Position numbers and translations under genes: made by a program
Shown: one piece after another, positions 1 through 46,454 of the stretch
Layout of the letters: each line of letters begins with the position of its first letter
Numbering within the stretch: the first letter of the stretch is position 1
DNA from: Octopus bimaculoides
Lineage: Eukaryota
Length of the DNA: 64,000 nucleotides
Assembly (NCBI RefSeq): GCF_001194135.2
Contig: NC_068982.1
Location: forward strand, 125,880,698-125,944,697
Direction: 5' to 3'
The notes under the pieces: generated by a model
Seen by the model: the letters and a program-made list of their open reading frames with translations, nothing else
Database searches by the model: none
Told to the model about the DNA's origin: nothing

Positions 1-196
1 CATTTTCCCCTTTCTCCGTTCTTCCATTCTCCGAACTTTCCATCTTTCCGACGAAGGGCTACGCCCGAAACGTCACACACTCTCTCTTTCCTTTCCTGAG
101 CGTCCAATAATACTATCCATATCACGTCCTCACTTTGTTGTTTTTTTGTTTTTTTGTTATTGTGTTTTTGAACTATATATATATATATATATATAC

Positions 197-255
<59 letters not shown>

Positions 256-533
256 CATACATAAACTGCAGTGATTGAGTATCTATATGTGTGTATCTTT
301 TTGTCTGTTTGTCCACCCCCACCCCCATGACTGCTTGACAACCGGTGTTTACATCCCCGTAACTTAGAGGGTCGGCAAAAGAAACTGATAGAATAAGTAC
401 TAGGCTTTAAAAACGTCCTTGGGTCAATTTCTTTGACTAAAACCCTTCAAGGCGGTGCTCCAGCATGACCACAATCAAATGATTGAAACAAGTAAAAGAG
501 TAAAAGTATATATGTGTGTGTGTGCATGTGTGT

Positions 534-570
<37 letters not shown>

Positions 571-728
571 AGTATATATGAATGCATGAATATATGGATA
601 GATGGATGGCTGGATGTTCTATCAAATTAGCGACTGGTAATTCTGCTACAATAGATTAATAAAGTTATTACTTTCTCTGAAACGTAGTTTAATTAATAAT
701 GGCAAGCATATATTAATTTCCTTTCTAG

Positions 729-34003
<33,275 letters not shown>

Positions 34004-34717
34004 AGTGAAACTTATTGAGAGATTACTAATATTAATCATTAATCAATGATTGACGTTTAATTCTCAATGTTTACGAAATATTTCCATTTATTGATGTTTT
34101 CTTTGTAAAAAAAAAAAACCTTCTGATTACTCAATATATATCGCTGATGCTCTCTCTCTCTCGCTTTTTGTCACACTTCTTATTCATTCACCTCTCTGCC
34201 TCTCTCATTCTGTATGTGTATATGTATGTATGTATGTATGTATGGATGGATGGATGGATGGATGGATGGATGGACGTATGCATGTATGTGTGTGTGTATN
34301 NNNNNNNNNNNNNNNNNNNNNNNNNNNNNNNNNNNNNNNNNNNNNNNNNNNNNNNNNNNNNNNNNNNNNNNNNNNNNNNNNNNNNNNNNNNNNNNNNNNN
34401 NNNNNNNNNNNNNNNNNNNNNNNNNNNNNNNNNNNNNNNNNNNNNNNNNNNNNNNNNNNNNNNNNNNNNNNNNNNNNNNNNNNNNNNNNNNNNNNNNNNN
34501 NNNNNNNNNNNNNNNNNNNNNNNNNNNNNNNNNNNNNNNNNNNNNNNNNNNNNNNNNNNNNNNNNNNNNNNNNNNNNNNNNNNNNNNNNNNNNNNNNNNN
34601 NNNNNNNNNNNNNNNNNNNNNNNNNNNNNNNNNNNNNNNNNNNNNNNNNNNNNNNNNNNNNNNNNNNNNNNNNNNNNNNNNNNNNNNNNNNNNNNNNNNN
34701 NNNNNNNNNNNNNNNNN

Positions 34718-34759
<42 letters not shown>

Positions 34760-34778
34760 GTATGTATATATATATAGT

Positions 34779-35430
34779 GGAAAGAAACTCGAGGAGAGCC
34801 TAACAGTAGGTAGTCCTCAGAGGAGAAACCCCCTTTAGGCAAGTGTTTCGGCTCCTGACACTCTAGCGGGGTCGGGCCACATCCGAGTCATGACTCCTGG
34901 ATGTCCACCTACTGTCCATTTTAGTATGCCTGAGGTGGGATTGCTTTCTCTGGTTTCTAGCACTGCTGTGACGTGTGCTGCGGCTCTGAGAAGGGCTAAG
35001 TGCTCGTTTGCAGCTGGGTACACTGGCGAGTGCTCGGACGACCCAGATGTGAGGGTTCTTTAATCTCACGGTCCCAGCGGGATCGCCGGCTCCAGAGGCG
35101 CAGGCCTACACGACTACGCCAATCTAGCACTCGCTTGAATTGGAGAAAATTAAGCCTTTGTTCCTTCTAAACCAGATCCAACTTGAGGCCTTCTCAGCCG
35201 TTTCTCCCATAGCTCTCAAGGTTCTAGTGCCGCTTCTTCCAGAGATGGACAGCTGTTTCATGAGGCTGTAGACAGATGAGCTTACAAATCCCCTGACACC
35301 AACCTCGACTGCGGAGACTTTGGTTTTGAATCCAACGTCCCTCAGGTCTCTGGCCAAGTCGGCGTGCTTTTCTGTCTTGTAGACATGGGCATCTTCACTT
35401 CTGCTTTCGTAAGGACGTACAGCCTAGGTA
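34779..35430 (-). mobile_element. HERO-like RLE non-LTR retrotransposon 3' fragment with GC-rich 3' UTR
   Basis: PYESRSEDAHVYKTEKHADLARDLRDVGFKTKVSAVEVGVRGF...AEKASSWIWFRRN resembles the HERO C-terminus (VEVGCRGF, AEKASRWLW) as I recall it. Confidence 0.78.
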
Positions 35431-36640
35431 GGCAAGATAATCAGTGCCTACTTTGAATAAAATAGATTGATGGCAACATTTTCCTTTTATGGCAAAAAAT
35501 GCACCTAATTCAATAAAATTTTGAAGTCTACTCTGATTACTGTGCATAAAATGCAAAATATTTTATGTTTTTGTAGATTACGTAGGCATAATTCGCCCCT
35601 GCTTTTCAATCTCAGTATTTAAGCTATGCATAGTACTGCTGTAGTACACGTGCTGCGTACACTCTTATAACACCGTTTTCTTTACGTGCTATAAAGGTAG
35701 AAGTAAATCTGCCTTCAACTTAGTCGCTCGCCTGTGTTTCGCTTATTTTTCGTGTGTTTTACTACATAACAGTCACCAACTGCCTACCCTGAGTAATAAC
35801 TGGCGGCCTGATATATATATATACACGCATATATATTGTTTATGTCATAAGCATTTAGAAACTTTGAAAGACATGAAATAATTCGAAGTAGATAAAGCTG
35901 TAAATAATAGCATGTAAAATTCTGGAATCTTTTTGGATAGAAAAAGCCGAACGCTGCATGTAGAACTCGAACTTACAACTTCTGTAAGCGTGACAAACGT
36001 TCTACCATAGAATCAAAACAATCCTTCGAAATTCCCTATCCATTTTATAAGCGTTCTTCTTACGAGCGAGAATTATATGCTGCTGACGTCATAAGAATTT
36101 AAAAAATTCGAAAGATATGCATTCCCTTTTCACTGTAGAACTCGAAATAGGACAATTTACATGCTATTACTTACAACTTTATCTACTTCAAGTTCTACAG
36201 TTAAAAACGAATTAGATATNNNNNNNNNNNNNNNNNNNNNNNNNNNNNNNNNNNNNNNNNNNNNNNNNNNNNNNNNNNNNNNNNNNNNNNNNNNNNNNNN
36301 NNNNNNNNNNNNNNNNNNNNNNNNNNNNNNNNNNNNNNNNNNNNNNNNNNNNNNNNNNNNNNNNNNNNNNNNNNNNNNNNNNNNNNNNNNNNNNNNNNNN
36401 NNNNNNNNNNNNNNNNNNNNNNNNNNNNATATATAAAGGTTATGAAGGGTAATGGAGTCAACCAGACCCTAATGAGGCAGGTAATACCGAGTAAGTGCTA
36501 TATACCGACTGGTTTTGTCCCAGATGTGGTTGCAACATGAATGGGGAATATAACATGGGTCGTGTATTAGCGTGTGCACATATAAAAAGAATTAGATAAA
36601 GAGACCAATGGCATAAGTAAATTTATATTTTATGTAGAAT

Positions 36641-36689
36641 GTCTTACAGCTGTTTCAGGGAAAATTCAATGTATCCCTTCATCAGAGAC
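36641..36689 (-). ncRNA. Type I hammerhead ribozyme motif (minimal, Penelope-like-element type)
   Basis: Minus strand reads GTCT CTGATGA AGGGA tacattgaattt TCCCT GAAAC agct GTA AGAC: complete core, stem I 4 bp, stem II 5 bp, palindromic stem III, GUA cleavage triplet. Activity untested. Confidence 0.8.
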
Positions 36690-36959
36690 GGTAATAGTAG
36701 AAGATAAGGATTATTACATCTGTATGAGGAGATTTGCAGTAAGAAATGAGAGCGATGCGGAGAAGAAAAAACAAAGAAGAAAAAATACTTGGAGTATAGT
36801 TCCATTCCAACAGTAAATATCCATGTATAGAATCCGTGTTGGTATTTTCCAGTGATAATGATAGTTGCATTGGTGGATATATATCATTTTGTATCCAGTT
36901 TACTCTGTGCGTTGTTTACTCAAAGGACAGCCCGAAGTGAGTGGAAGATGTGTGTAGGA

Positions 36960-38290
36960 TTGTGAGCAGCCATTAGTGTCGGTGCAGCTGGTTTTTTCAT
37001 GACCTGGTGAGACAGACTATCCATAGCTGAACAATCCACAACTGTTTTACTTTACTGTAGGTATATAGATGACATTAATATTTTAGTTAGGACAAACTTT
37101 AGTAACTGTAGTGTAGAAACCGAGATGAACATAATGGAGAGCATCCAGCACATAGCTAACTCCGTCCACCAAAGTATCAAGGTAACTATAGTTTACCCCA
37201 CTAGGCATCCTAACAATAAACTTCCTGTGCTTGATACTGAGCTTTGGTTATAGACTGTGAACATCAGAGTGCAGCTCCTCCACTCCTATTACATGAAGCT
37301 CATAGCTTCTAAATATGTTGTTCACAAGAACTCAGCTTTGTTACACAACATGAAAATCAACATACTGATAACAGACTTAGTTAGCATAATGAATAATATG
37401 CTAACTCTATGAAACTTAGCTAGCATAACGAACATTTCTAACCCTATGAAACAAAGAAACATGTACAGAACTTCATGCACTGCATGCAATTCTCTGGACA
37501 TGGTCAGAAAGATAAGGTTCAGGTATACAGGGGAGCTAGAAAGAAGTTAGATATCATTATGTGTAATGAAACCAGTGGTACCTGCCCTAGATATAGAAGT
37601 AAAGATTGGAATACAGAGTTTGTGACAAAGCAAACAAGGTGACACATAGTACAAGACCGACAGATATCAAGGAGTGATGTTTGTAGAGGCCACAGTTCAT
37701 GGAAAACTAGCCCGAAGATTTAAGAAAGCTCTGAAGGAGGCCAAATTCAACATTAAGATCGTTGAAAAACCAGGGAGCTCTATCTAGTCACAATTATGTT
37801 GGACGTACCCCTTTAAGATTTTCCATGCGTTCGGCTACGTATAGCTTGCAGCGTTTCGTTCCATTGATATACGGAACTAGAAGGCGGAAGATTTTTTATG
37901 ATATCGAGTATGGAATTCCATCTTACTTCAGTTGCCAGATATGGCTGGCCGGCGATGTTACATATCTCCTTTCTGGGACCCTGAAGGTGGATCTATAGCC
38001 GGAAAGACGTTTCTTAAAGGAAATTCCTGTGCATCCAATATATTTCCTTGGATGCGTGGAGTCAGTGTCATGCTTACAGAACGGAGATTTTCGGGTTGTC
38101 TGCATTTCAGGAGATTCCTGTTAGCATTGTGGGAACCACACAATAGCGATATTAGCGATAATTACATCACAACTAGAAATTGATTGCTGATGAGAGTGGG
38201 AGATAACCCCCTACCTTACCCTCTTAGCCAACAGGTGGCGTAGCTGAAAGAGGACGATACAGCCAGAAGCCGATGACCAGCAGCAAAAGG
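36960..38290 (+). mobile_element. Decayed Penelope-like element (RT thumb to GIY-YIG region)
   Basis: YCRYIDDINIL, IANSVHQSIKVT..P..HPNNKLPVLDTELW, LLHSYYMK..ASKYVVHKNSAL, VMFVEAT..GKLARRFK, KIVEKPG. Confidence 0.8.
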
Positions 38291-38789
38291 AGATAATCCC
38301 CATTGTTTATATCTCTATCGTTTCCCCCTCCATATTTTAAAGAGGTACCCTTTATGGTGAGAAACCCAGCGTAACCCTATAAACCGGCCTTTACCATTAA
38401 TATATATATATATTCTTTTATTTGTTTCAGTCATGTAACTGCGACCATGCTGGAGCACCGCCTTCAGTCGAACAAATCGACCCTAGGACATATTCTTTGT
38501 AAGCCTAGTACTAATTCTATCGGTCTCTTTTGCCGAACTGCTAACCTTCCTCCACCTCCCCTTATTCATCCCATCACTCCCGTTAAGCTAGCTTGCCTGC
38601 ATCGCCTCCTGCATCGCCTCCTGCACCCCACCCGAATCCCACCACCAGAGTATATGTTGTTCACTCAGCTACCCCCTCTACCTCCAGCGCCATTCTTCCC
38701 CCACCACTCCTCGTCTGAATTCTAATTCTAATGCTGACCCCACTGATACTGCCAGTTCACCCTCAAGCCGTGTTCTCTGCACCCGCACA

Positions 38790-40350
38790 AGTCGCTAGTT
38801 GAAGCCCATCAAATGTCACTTGTGTGGTCTAAGTTACCCCATAGCAGTTGGTTGTACTCTGCGACGGTTCACAGCAAAAGTGTGCCTGTCCTCAGTTTCT
38901 AACTGCCTGACCGAAGAATTTTCCCCTACTCAGCTAAGAGTGGGTGCTAAGCTAAGTTGCGCGGCTGCTGCTCATGCCACCAGGGCTTTCACCAACTTGC
39001 CCTCTGAGTCCCCAAAGGTCATCCTCAAACTTGACCTTAAGAATGCTTTTAACTCCATCAGTCGAGAAGTCATCCGCCGCGCAGTAAGGGAGAATTCCCC
39101 ATCACTCCCTTGGAGCCCCAATCACCGACCTAGCTTTGGAGTCAATCTTTAGATCCAAAATGGCTAACCTTCAACAACTTTTAAAAAGCCTTGAAGTAAT
39201 TGAGCCCCACCAAGGTTTTTTATGCTTAGGAATTACTTGCCATTTCCTAAGCTATTATATTTTCTGAGAGATAGTCCCTCTTACAGATTCCTATCGTCCC
39301 GCCAATACTTTGACGACCTAATCTTCAGGAAACTCAAATGCTTGGCCAGTGTCAAATTCTCCCCAGACTCACGCGACCAAGCTGCTTTGCCCAAACAGTT
39401 TGAGGTCTTGGTCTGCGCAATTGCTCGTCTTTATCTCTTTCCTGTTTTTGTTTTCTTCCACTTACGCTTGCTTCTCTTTGGTAGGTAACATCCTCTTCTC
39501 TCCAACATGGACTAATTCCAACAGAGAAACGGATGAAGCTCTATCACAGTGGAGTAGGCTGGGTTTGTCAGTTCCGGTTATAGTGGAGGATAGACGGAAA
39601 CAGAGAGTATGGGCCAATCTGCATTCAGGTGCCACTTTTAACTCTCTCCTTGATCAATCTGATCGATTTTCAAAGTGTCGTCTACTTTCAGCTGCTGCAA
39701 AATTCTCAGGGGACTGGATTGATGCTCTGTCTGTGGCCAACATTGGAGGTCTACTCAGACTAGAAGAACTCCGCATCTCCATCGCACTCAGAGTGGGAGC
39801 TGACGTCTGTAGAGGACTGAAATATCGCTATGGTAGGCCCCACAAGTCTTCACGGTCTGTCTTGCCACCTAAATGCTGGTCACTTCGCTCGTCACACGAG
39901 CTAAACCTAATCATTAAACGGGCCCTGGCTCAGATTAGTATTCCCTCAGTTCTGGAGCCGTCGGGGTAATTCAGAAGTGATGGAGAGACCAGATAGTTTT
40001 ACCCTCTGTCCCTAGATGCCTCATTTGGGACTCCATAGTCTGCGACTCCTTTGCTCCCTCCCACATCCTGGATGCTGCAGTTAATGGAAGGGTCAGTAGC
40101 CGAATGAAAGAAAACCCTGAAGTATCGGACCTGACAGTGAACTATTTCTCTCAACCTGTGGAGTTTGAGACGTTCGGAGGGACTGGACTACTAACCGCGA
40201 AGTTCTTGTCATTGTTGGCAGCTCGCCTCACCGAGGTGTCAGGTGATGCTGTGGGGGCGCTTGGCTTTCCCAACGCCTTAGCTTCGCAATCGCCTGTGGT
40301 AATGCTGCGAGCATGCTGGCTTGCTTCAGTAGGTTCCGTTAAACCTTGTG
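38790..40350 (+). mobile_element. CRE-clade non-LTR retrotransposon, internally deleted
   Basis: PIAVGCTLRRFTAK..TQLRVG..AAAHATR..LKLDLKNAFNSISR; SGDWIDAL..LRISIALRVG; HELNLIIKRAL..SVLEP; FQPVEFETFGG. Confidence 0.82.
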
Positions 40351-42802
40351 GTGTGCGACCAGTTGCTGTGATAAAAAAATTCCCCACAAATGGTTTCAAT
40401 ACAGTTTTGATGGAAGGATTTGGAAGAATTGGATGAGAATTCTCTGGTGATTTTCTTTCGTGTAAATAAATGTTTATGTTAATTTTAAAATATTGGTTTG
40501 CAAACTACTACATTCTGATTGGTTAAAATAGCGCTTTCCACAATAGGCATAGAGCCAGGGTAAGTCGATTACATCGACTCTAGAATTTCACTGGTACCTA
40601 TTTTTTCAACCTCAGAGGATGAAAGGTTAAGTCGACCTCGGCAGAATTTGAATTAAAAACAATAGACGGACGAAATGCGATTAAGCTTTTCCTTCGGCGG
40701 GTCCAGTGTACTGTTGAAAAATAAACGAAAGAATCTCGTTTCTAATTCGTTTAAAAGCCACACACTTGACGTCTGTGATTCTAAAATGGTTGTATACTGT
40801 TCATAAAAAAAAAGTCACAGATTACTTGTTTCTGATTGGTTAAAATAATGCATGTGACACTAATGAATTAGAAAATTGTCATGAACTCAGTTTAACAAAA
40901 TGTGTATTTATTGTTTGTTAAAAAATAAATGTGAATATTTAATAAACAAAAGAATTATACATGACTTTTTTTTTTACATTTAAAATGAGCACTGTATTGT
41001 TTAGCTAAATAGAAAGAAAGAAAGAAAGAAAGAAAGAAAAATGAAGGAAGGAAGAAAGAAAGAAAAAAAAACAGTCACAACCTACTAGCTTCTGATTGGC
41101 TGAAATAACACACATGGCCAAATAGTGAAATCAAACTTGTCGTCTGCTAAGTTTACTAAACCATTTCATTTTTGTAATTGTATTTTGATAATTTGTCTCC
41201 AATAACAGACACTGCTTTAACTTCACTTCTTTATTCACTACTCGTCAATTGGTTAACTATGTATCCAACTAGTTAATCGATTGTTTGCTTAATGGCATAT
41301 ATACCCTCCCCATTTAAAACTTATTTATCTCTAAATACATTGCTATCGATATAAAATCTGTACATCGTCAATTTTTGAAGAATGAGTGTTGTTTGACTAC
41401 TTTGAATTATAGTGCCACTAGAGTGAAACGTGGTGACAGACAATAATTAAAAAAAAAAACAGTAGAGAAAGATGATAAATTGGATTCTTAAAATATTGTG
41501 GCAGCAATGTTAAATAAATACTGATTATTTAAGAATTATATTTAAAATAAATTTTGTTTTAATTATCTATGGGGTTAATTGGTAACAATTAATAAATAAA
41601 TCAATGGTACAATTTAGAATTAAATATTTTTATTTGTGTTCCAGCCCAAAGGTTGTGGTCATGCTGGGGCAATGCCAATTGCTTAAATTTATTTTAAGGT
41701 TGAATTATTAGCAATTAATAATTACGGAAAACGTGCAATTTAGAAATTAGTAATTTTAAAATTAACCCTTTTTGACTAATTATTAACAATTAATAATCAA
41801 TTAAAAAACTGGTAGAATTTATAATTAAATATTACTTAAATTTATTTTTATATTTGCAGTTAATAAATACAGGAAACGTGCAATTTACTATTAAATATTG
41901 CTTAAATTTAAAAATTAAGTCTTAGAATTTAAAATCATTTTTAGAGTTAATTATTAGCAGTTTATACGGGAAACGTGCAATTTAGAATTAAATATTGTTT
42001 AAATTTACCTTCCAAATTAATTAATAGCAATTAATAAATAAGACACAGTATGTAGAATAAAATATTATAGAATATAGAATTATATATTGCAATTATTAGC
42101 AATTCGTAAAGTTCTAAATAGGCTTCAAAGAACGAAAATATCAATAACGAAAATAAAGTAAAAGATGCCCACGCCATTCAAATAGTACCTTATTATATCC
42201 TAGATACACCACATGAAGTTACCCGCCTAACGACTTAATAGTTGTGCAATTAGAACTCTACGCTGTATGAGTACAAGGCCGTAACATTCAAGAAGAGCAA
42301 TAATGAAAATAACTAATATGGTAACTCTATACAGAGGTTATTTGTCTGAATAAATAAAATAGCTACGCTGTAATAGTTTTAGTAAAGAGAAAAGAAAAAA
42401 AAAAACTAAATGACATTTCAGCCAGGTAATTCCTGGGACGCTTAAATATTCCTATAAAATACCCTAAATGTGAATGAATGAAATTATAACTAAAAGTGCG
42501 AAGATTAGAAATTCTCAGACAAATAGTTCCAGGTCCCGGACTAAAATATTTAAGGCAATTAGTTTGTGTCTACACCGTATTTATAGTTTTACTTAGAAAC
42601 ATTTCATTTGTCAGCGGACGCTGATTCCATCTTCTAATCTTGAGGAGACATGATATTTTAATTGTTTATAATTTACTTTTCGTTCAACAACACAAAACAA
42701 ATGTATACAGACAATTTAATAACTTCATTCTTTTCAAACATGATATTAACACGCTTATAATACTCGGAATTTTAAATAGCTGTTTGTGTTTTCCTACCAA
42801 CG

Positions 42803-42948
42803 ATGGTGTGTTTTGGGTCGAAAGTTTCCTTAGTTCGACTCTTTGGTGCACCTTCTTGGTACCACAACGTGATTCAGTTTCGATTAAAATCAGTATCTGT
42901 CACCACAGCTCCTGCTCAATGGCCTGTAACAACAATAACAAAACGCTG
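42803..42948 (+). CDS. LETMD1: LETMD1 exon 1 (presequence-like)
   Basis: aacgATGG start context; [48 protein letters not shown]; CGC TG|gtaagt, phase 2 matches exon 2. Confidence 0.75.
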
Positions 42949-45900
42949 GTAAGTAATATATAGGTTGTGTAACAAAATGTGCTATATTTAATTGCTTTTT
43001 TTCACCAACCGGCATTAGTACTTTAGGAATATAAATGTGTTGTATTTAATAACATAACAAGGTTGTATCTCAGAAATCGATGAGCTGGTTATGCTTCTTA
43101 CACGTTGTTATATTTATAGGGACAATGAATAGGATTGTGTAACATCCGTGCCTCTCTCAAATGTACAGGAAATCTTAAGTGAATTGAATATTTTCTCGCC
43201 GGTAACTTGTACGGCAATCTGCACGTTACGCTTATTAGCAATGTTTATCGTTTAATTTTATTTTCATGCAAATATTCAATACTTTTGGGTACTCTTTTGT
43301 TTCGCGGTTGTTCGGCTTGCCAGAAATAGCTCACAAATCTTCTTCAAATCACCTAACCTTTTTTTAAAAAAAGGAAGGTCACATTGGACATTTGGATACG
43401 TTGTATTTAAATAGTGGACAGGATCGTCTACTATTTAAATATTTAAAAACCTTTGTTCATAGATCTTTTCGAAAAGAGATGACTTAGAGCTAAACGGTAA
43501 CTGGATGTAACATTTTCGTTTAATTAATTAGCTTGTATACAAACTTCAACATCTTTATTGCTACAATTCGAATCAATTTATACGATCGCTATAGAAATGA
43601 CGCTTAAGCGCAAAATGTATAAAAGATGATATTAGCCTTTGATGAAAACCAAAAATCTTTCTAGTTTACTACTTTTCTATTTCAGAAACTACAACATTGA
43701 ACCAGTTTTTGTGTATATAGAGATAATTACATTTCTTGTTACATCTAGACATATTAGGTTAACTTTTATGACTGACGAAACTTTGTAAAATCTATACTAA
43801 TTACATTCTGTCAGTTTTCTACAGTTCTCGGCAATCTCTTTTACTGAGCTTATTTTATATTAAAATATTTATCATGAACACACACACACACGTAATACAT
43901 ACATACATACATACAAAAAATACCCTGTTGTTGATATTGAAATTCCAATGAAGAAACGTTGGATCTAGGTTAGAAACCGGTTCTTTCTTTATTGGCAAGA
44001 AATCTTGAAATAAAACTGAATAACGACATTCATCATACATACATATGTACGTCTGAAATGTTACCAGATTCTAACAATGGAACACAGAGTACAGTAATCT
44101 GTTGGTTTAAAAGCATTTGACCTCGGAACTCCATCTTTCAACTCTACATTGGATTACAAATAAGCATGGCTCTAAGCTCACCCAGTCTGACGTTGCTGAT
44201 TGCTATTCATCTTTCCACTTATACTCATTAGCACTCAAGTTTTCATCAGAAGATGCTAGAACACAAAAGACCTAAACATAAATTTTGTATGCATGCAAAA
44301 TGTCTCTTTTATATAGAGATTCTGACAACAAACCTTAGACTCTGCACTTATTAGAGAAACAGCCCTCTAATACTGAGCAATGCAGTGTTTTTCATATAAG
44401 CTCTGGATAGCTCAAACTTTTTCATTCCATGCAAATAATCTTTGACAATCTCATGTGAAAATTACACCTATTATCTATCCCTGGTTAAGTTTCATCTCCA
44501 GAAAAAAATATGGCACACCTTTACAGCATACTCTCTAAACAGATTTTTTACAGACCAGCAAACTTTTTGTAATACCAGTGACTGTATTGTTGTTGTTGCT
44601 ATTGTTTGTTCCTTCTCAAGCCATGCCTGGTTTCCCAGTTTCATTGGGGTATAGGTTCCCCATCTGGATGGGACGCTAATCCATCACAGGTGAGCTGTTA
44701 GATGCAGGAGGAAAGAGTGAGAGACAGTTGTAGCCTAAGAGTCAGCAGAAGTTTGCCATTACCTTCTGCTAGAGCTGTGTGGAGATTAGGTGTTTTGCTC
44801 ATAAACACACACATCGCCCAGTCTGAGATTTGAACCCATGATCCCTTAATCATGAGTCCGCTGCTCTAACCATGAGGCCATGTGCCTCCACAGTGGCTGT
44901 ATTATTTACTGTTTATTATTTCTTGAAACATAAATTTAGTAACAAACAGGTGCACAGAATTGACAAAGCCCCAAGTATAGCAAAACACATCTGATGTTCC
45001 CATGAGTCATTGCTGCAATGATGTTCACCTCACTTTAATATATATATTGTGCTTGTAACATTACATGTCTATGAAGAAATTTTAACTCAGACAAAATCCA
45101 CAGCATCATGACTTTCAGTGGTGTATATACTATGTAGTATGATAAATAGATGGTGATATTAATTTAAATCTATTTCAATTGCATCTATTGAGTTTTTGTA
45201 ACCCAACAAGCTTTCTGCTATACCAGTGGATGTATTACTCACTGTTTCTTATAATCAGAGTATGAATTTCAATTTAGCAAGTAACAAACAGGTACATGGC
45301 ATTGACAAGCTTCAAGTAGAATGAAATGCATCTGTCATTCTTGTGAGTTACTGCTGTGACAATTTAAGGCTTGATCTGATATTTGTATTTTTAAAACAAT
45401 ATGTGTATGACAAGATTCTTTCTCAGACAGTAATTTACAGCTCTATGCCTTTCAGTGGTGTAAATACATTAATATGATACACAGATGGTCATTTTAGTTT
45501 AATGCTGTTTCAATTGCACACACTGAATTTTTTACAGCTTAGAATGCTTTCTACTATACTAGTGAATTTATTATACCATTTCTGTTGTTCTTGTGAGTCA
45601 CTATAACAACAGTTGCCTCACTCTGATATAATATATATATATATATATATATATTGGAGCCTGGTGTTGCCATCCGGTTTCACCAGTCCTCAGTCAAATC
45701 GTCCAACCCATGCTAGCATGGAAGGCGGACGTTAAACGATGATGATGATATAAATAAATTTAAATAAGAGCTAAAAGATGATCCATATCCATTGTAAAAA
45801 CTTTATTATGACCTATGATCATTTTGATGCAATATCCAGACCAACTCATGCATATTATAAAATATTTTATATATATATATGATGGGCTTCTTTCAGTTTT

Positions 45901-46376
45901 TGTCTACCAAATCTACTGACAGGGCTTTGGTTGGCTTGAGGCTTCAGTAGAAGGTACTTGCCCAAGGGGCCTCACAATGGTACTGAACCCGGAGCCACAT
46001 GGTTGGAAGGCAAACTTCTTACCAAACAGCAATGCATACACCAGAAAAAGTGTACACACACACTTTGTACTTTATTCAAGGTGTGTCAGACCAGTAGGCA
46101 ATCTTTTACTCACCTACAAACGAATCTATTGTTAAGTCATTTTCTCTGATATTTCATCAGCGGCTGCCTGCTTGAGCTTGCCAAAGCTTCCTTCAGACCC
46201 ATTCAATGCTCTCTTCTTTCCACACCTATGTAGTTCCCGCCTAATCCAGGTCTTCAATAACAATTTATACTTAGAGAATATTATTTTTAACATACACATG
46301 TGTATGCACACATACATATTTGCATGCATGCATACATACACTCACACACAAAAATGCATGTGTGTGTGTGTGTGTA

Positions 46377-46454
<78 letters not shown>

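Noticed and set aside
38180-38320. CTGATGAG at the 3' end of the 37-38 kb PLE as a hammerhead
   Set aside because: No correctly placed GAAA or stems; at most a heavily decayed remnant.
42919-42948. Alternative ATG ([10 protein letters not shown]) in LETMD1 exon 1
   Set aside because: Out of frame, weaker context, and it gives only about 31 aa before a stop in exon 2.
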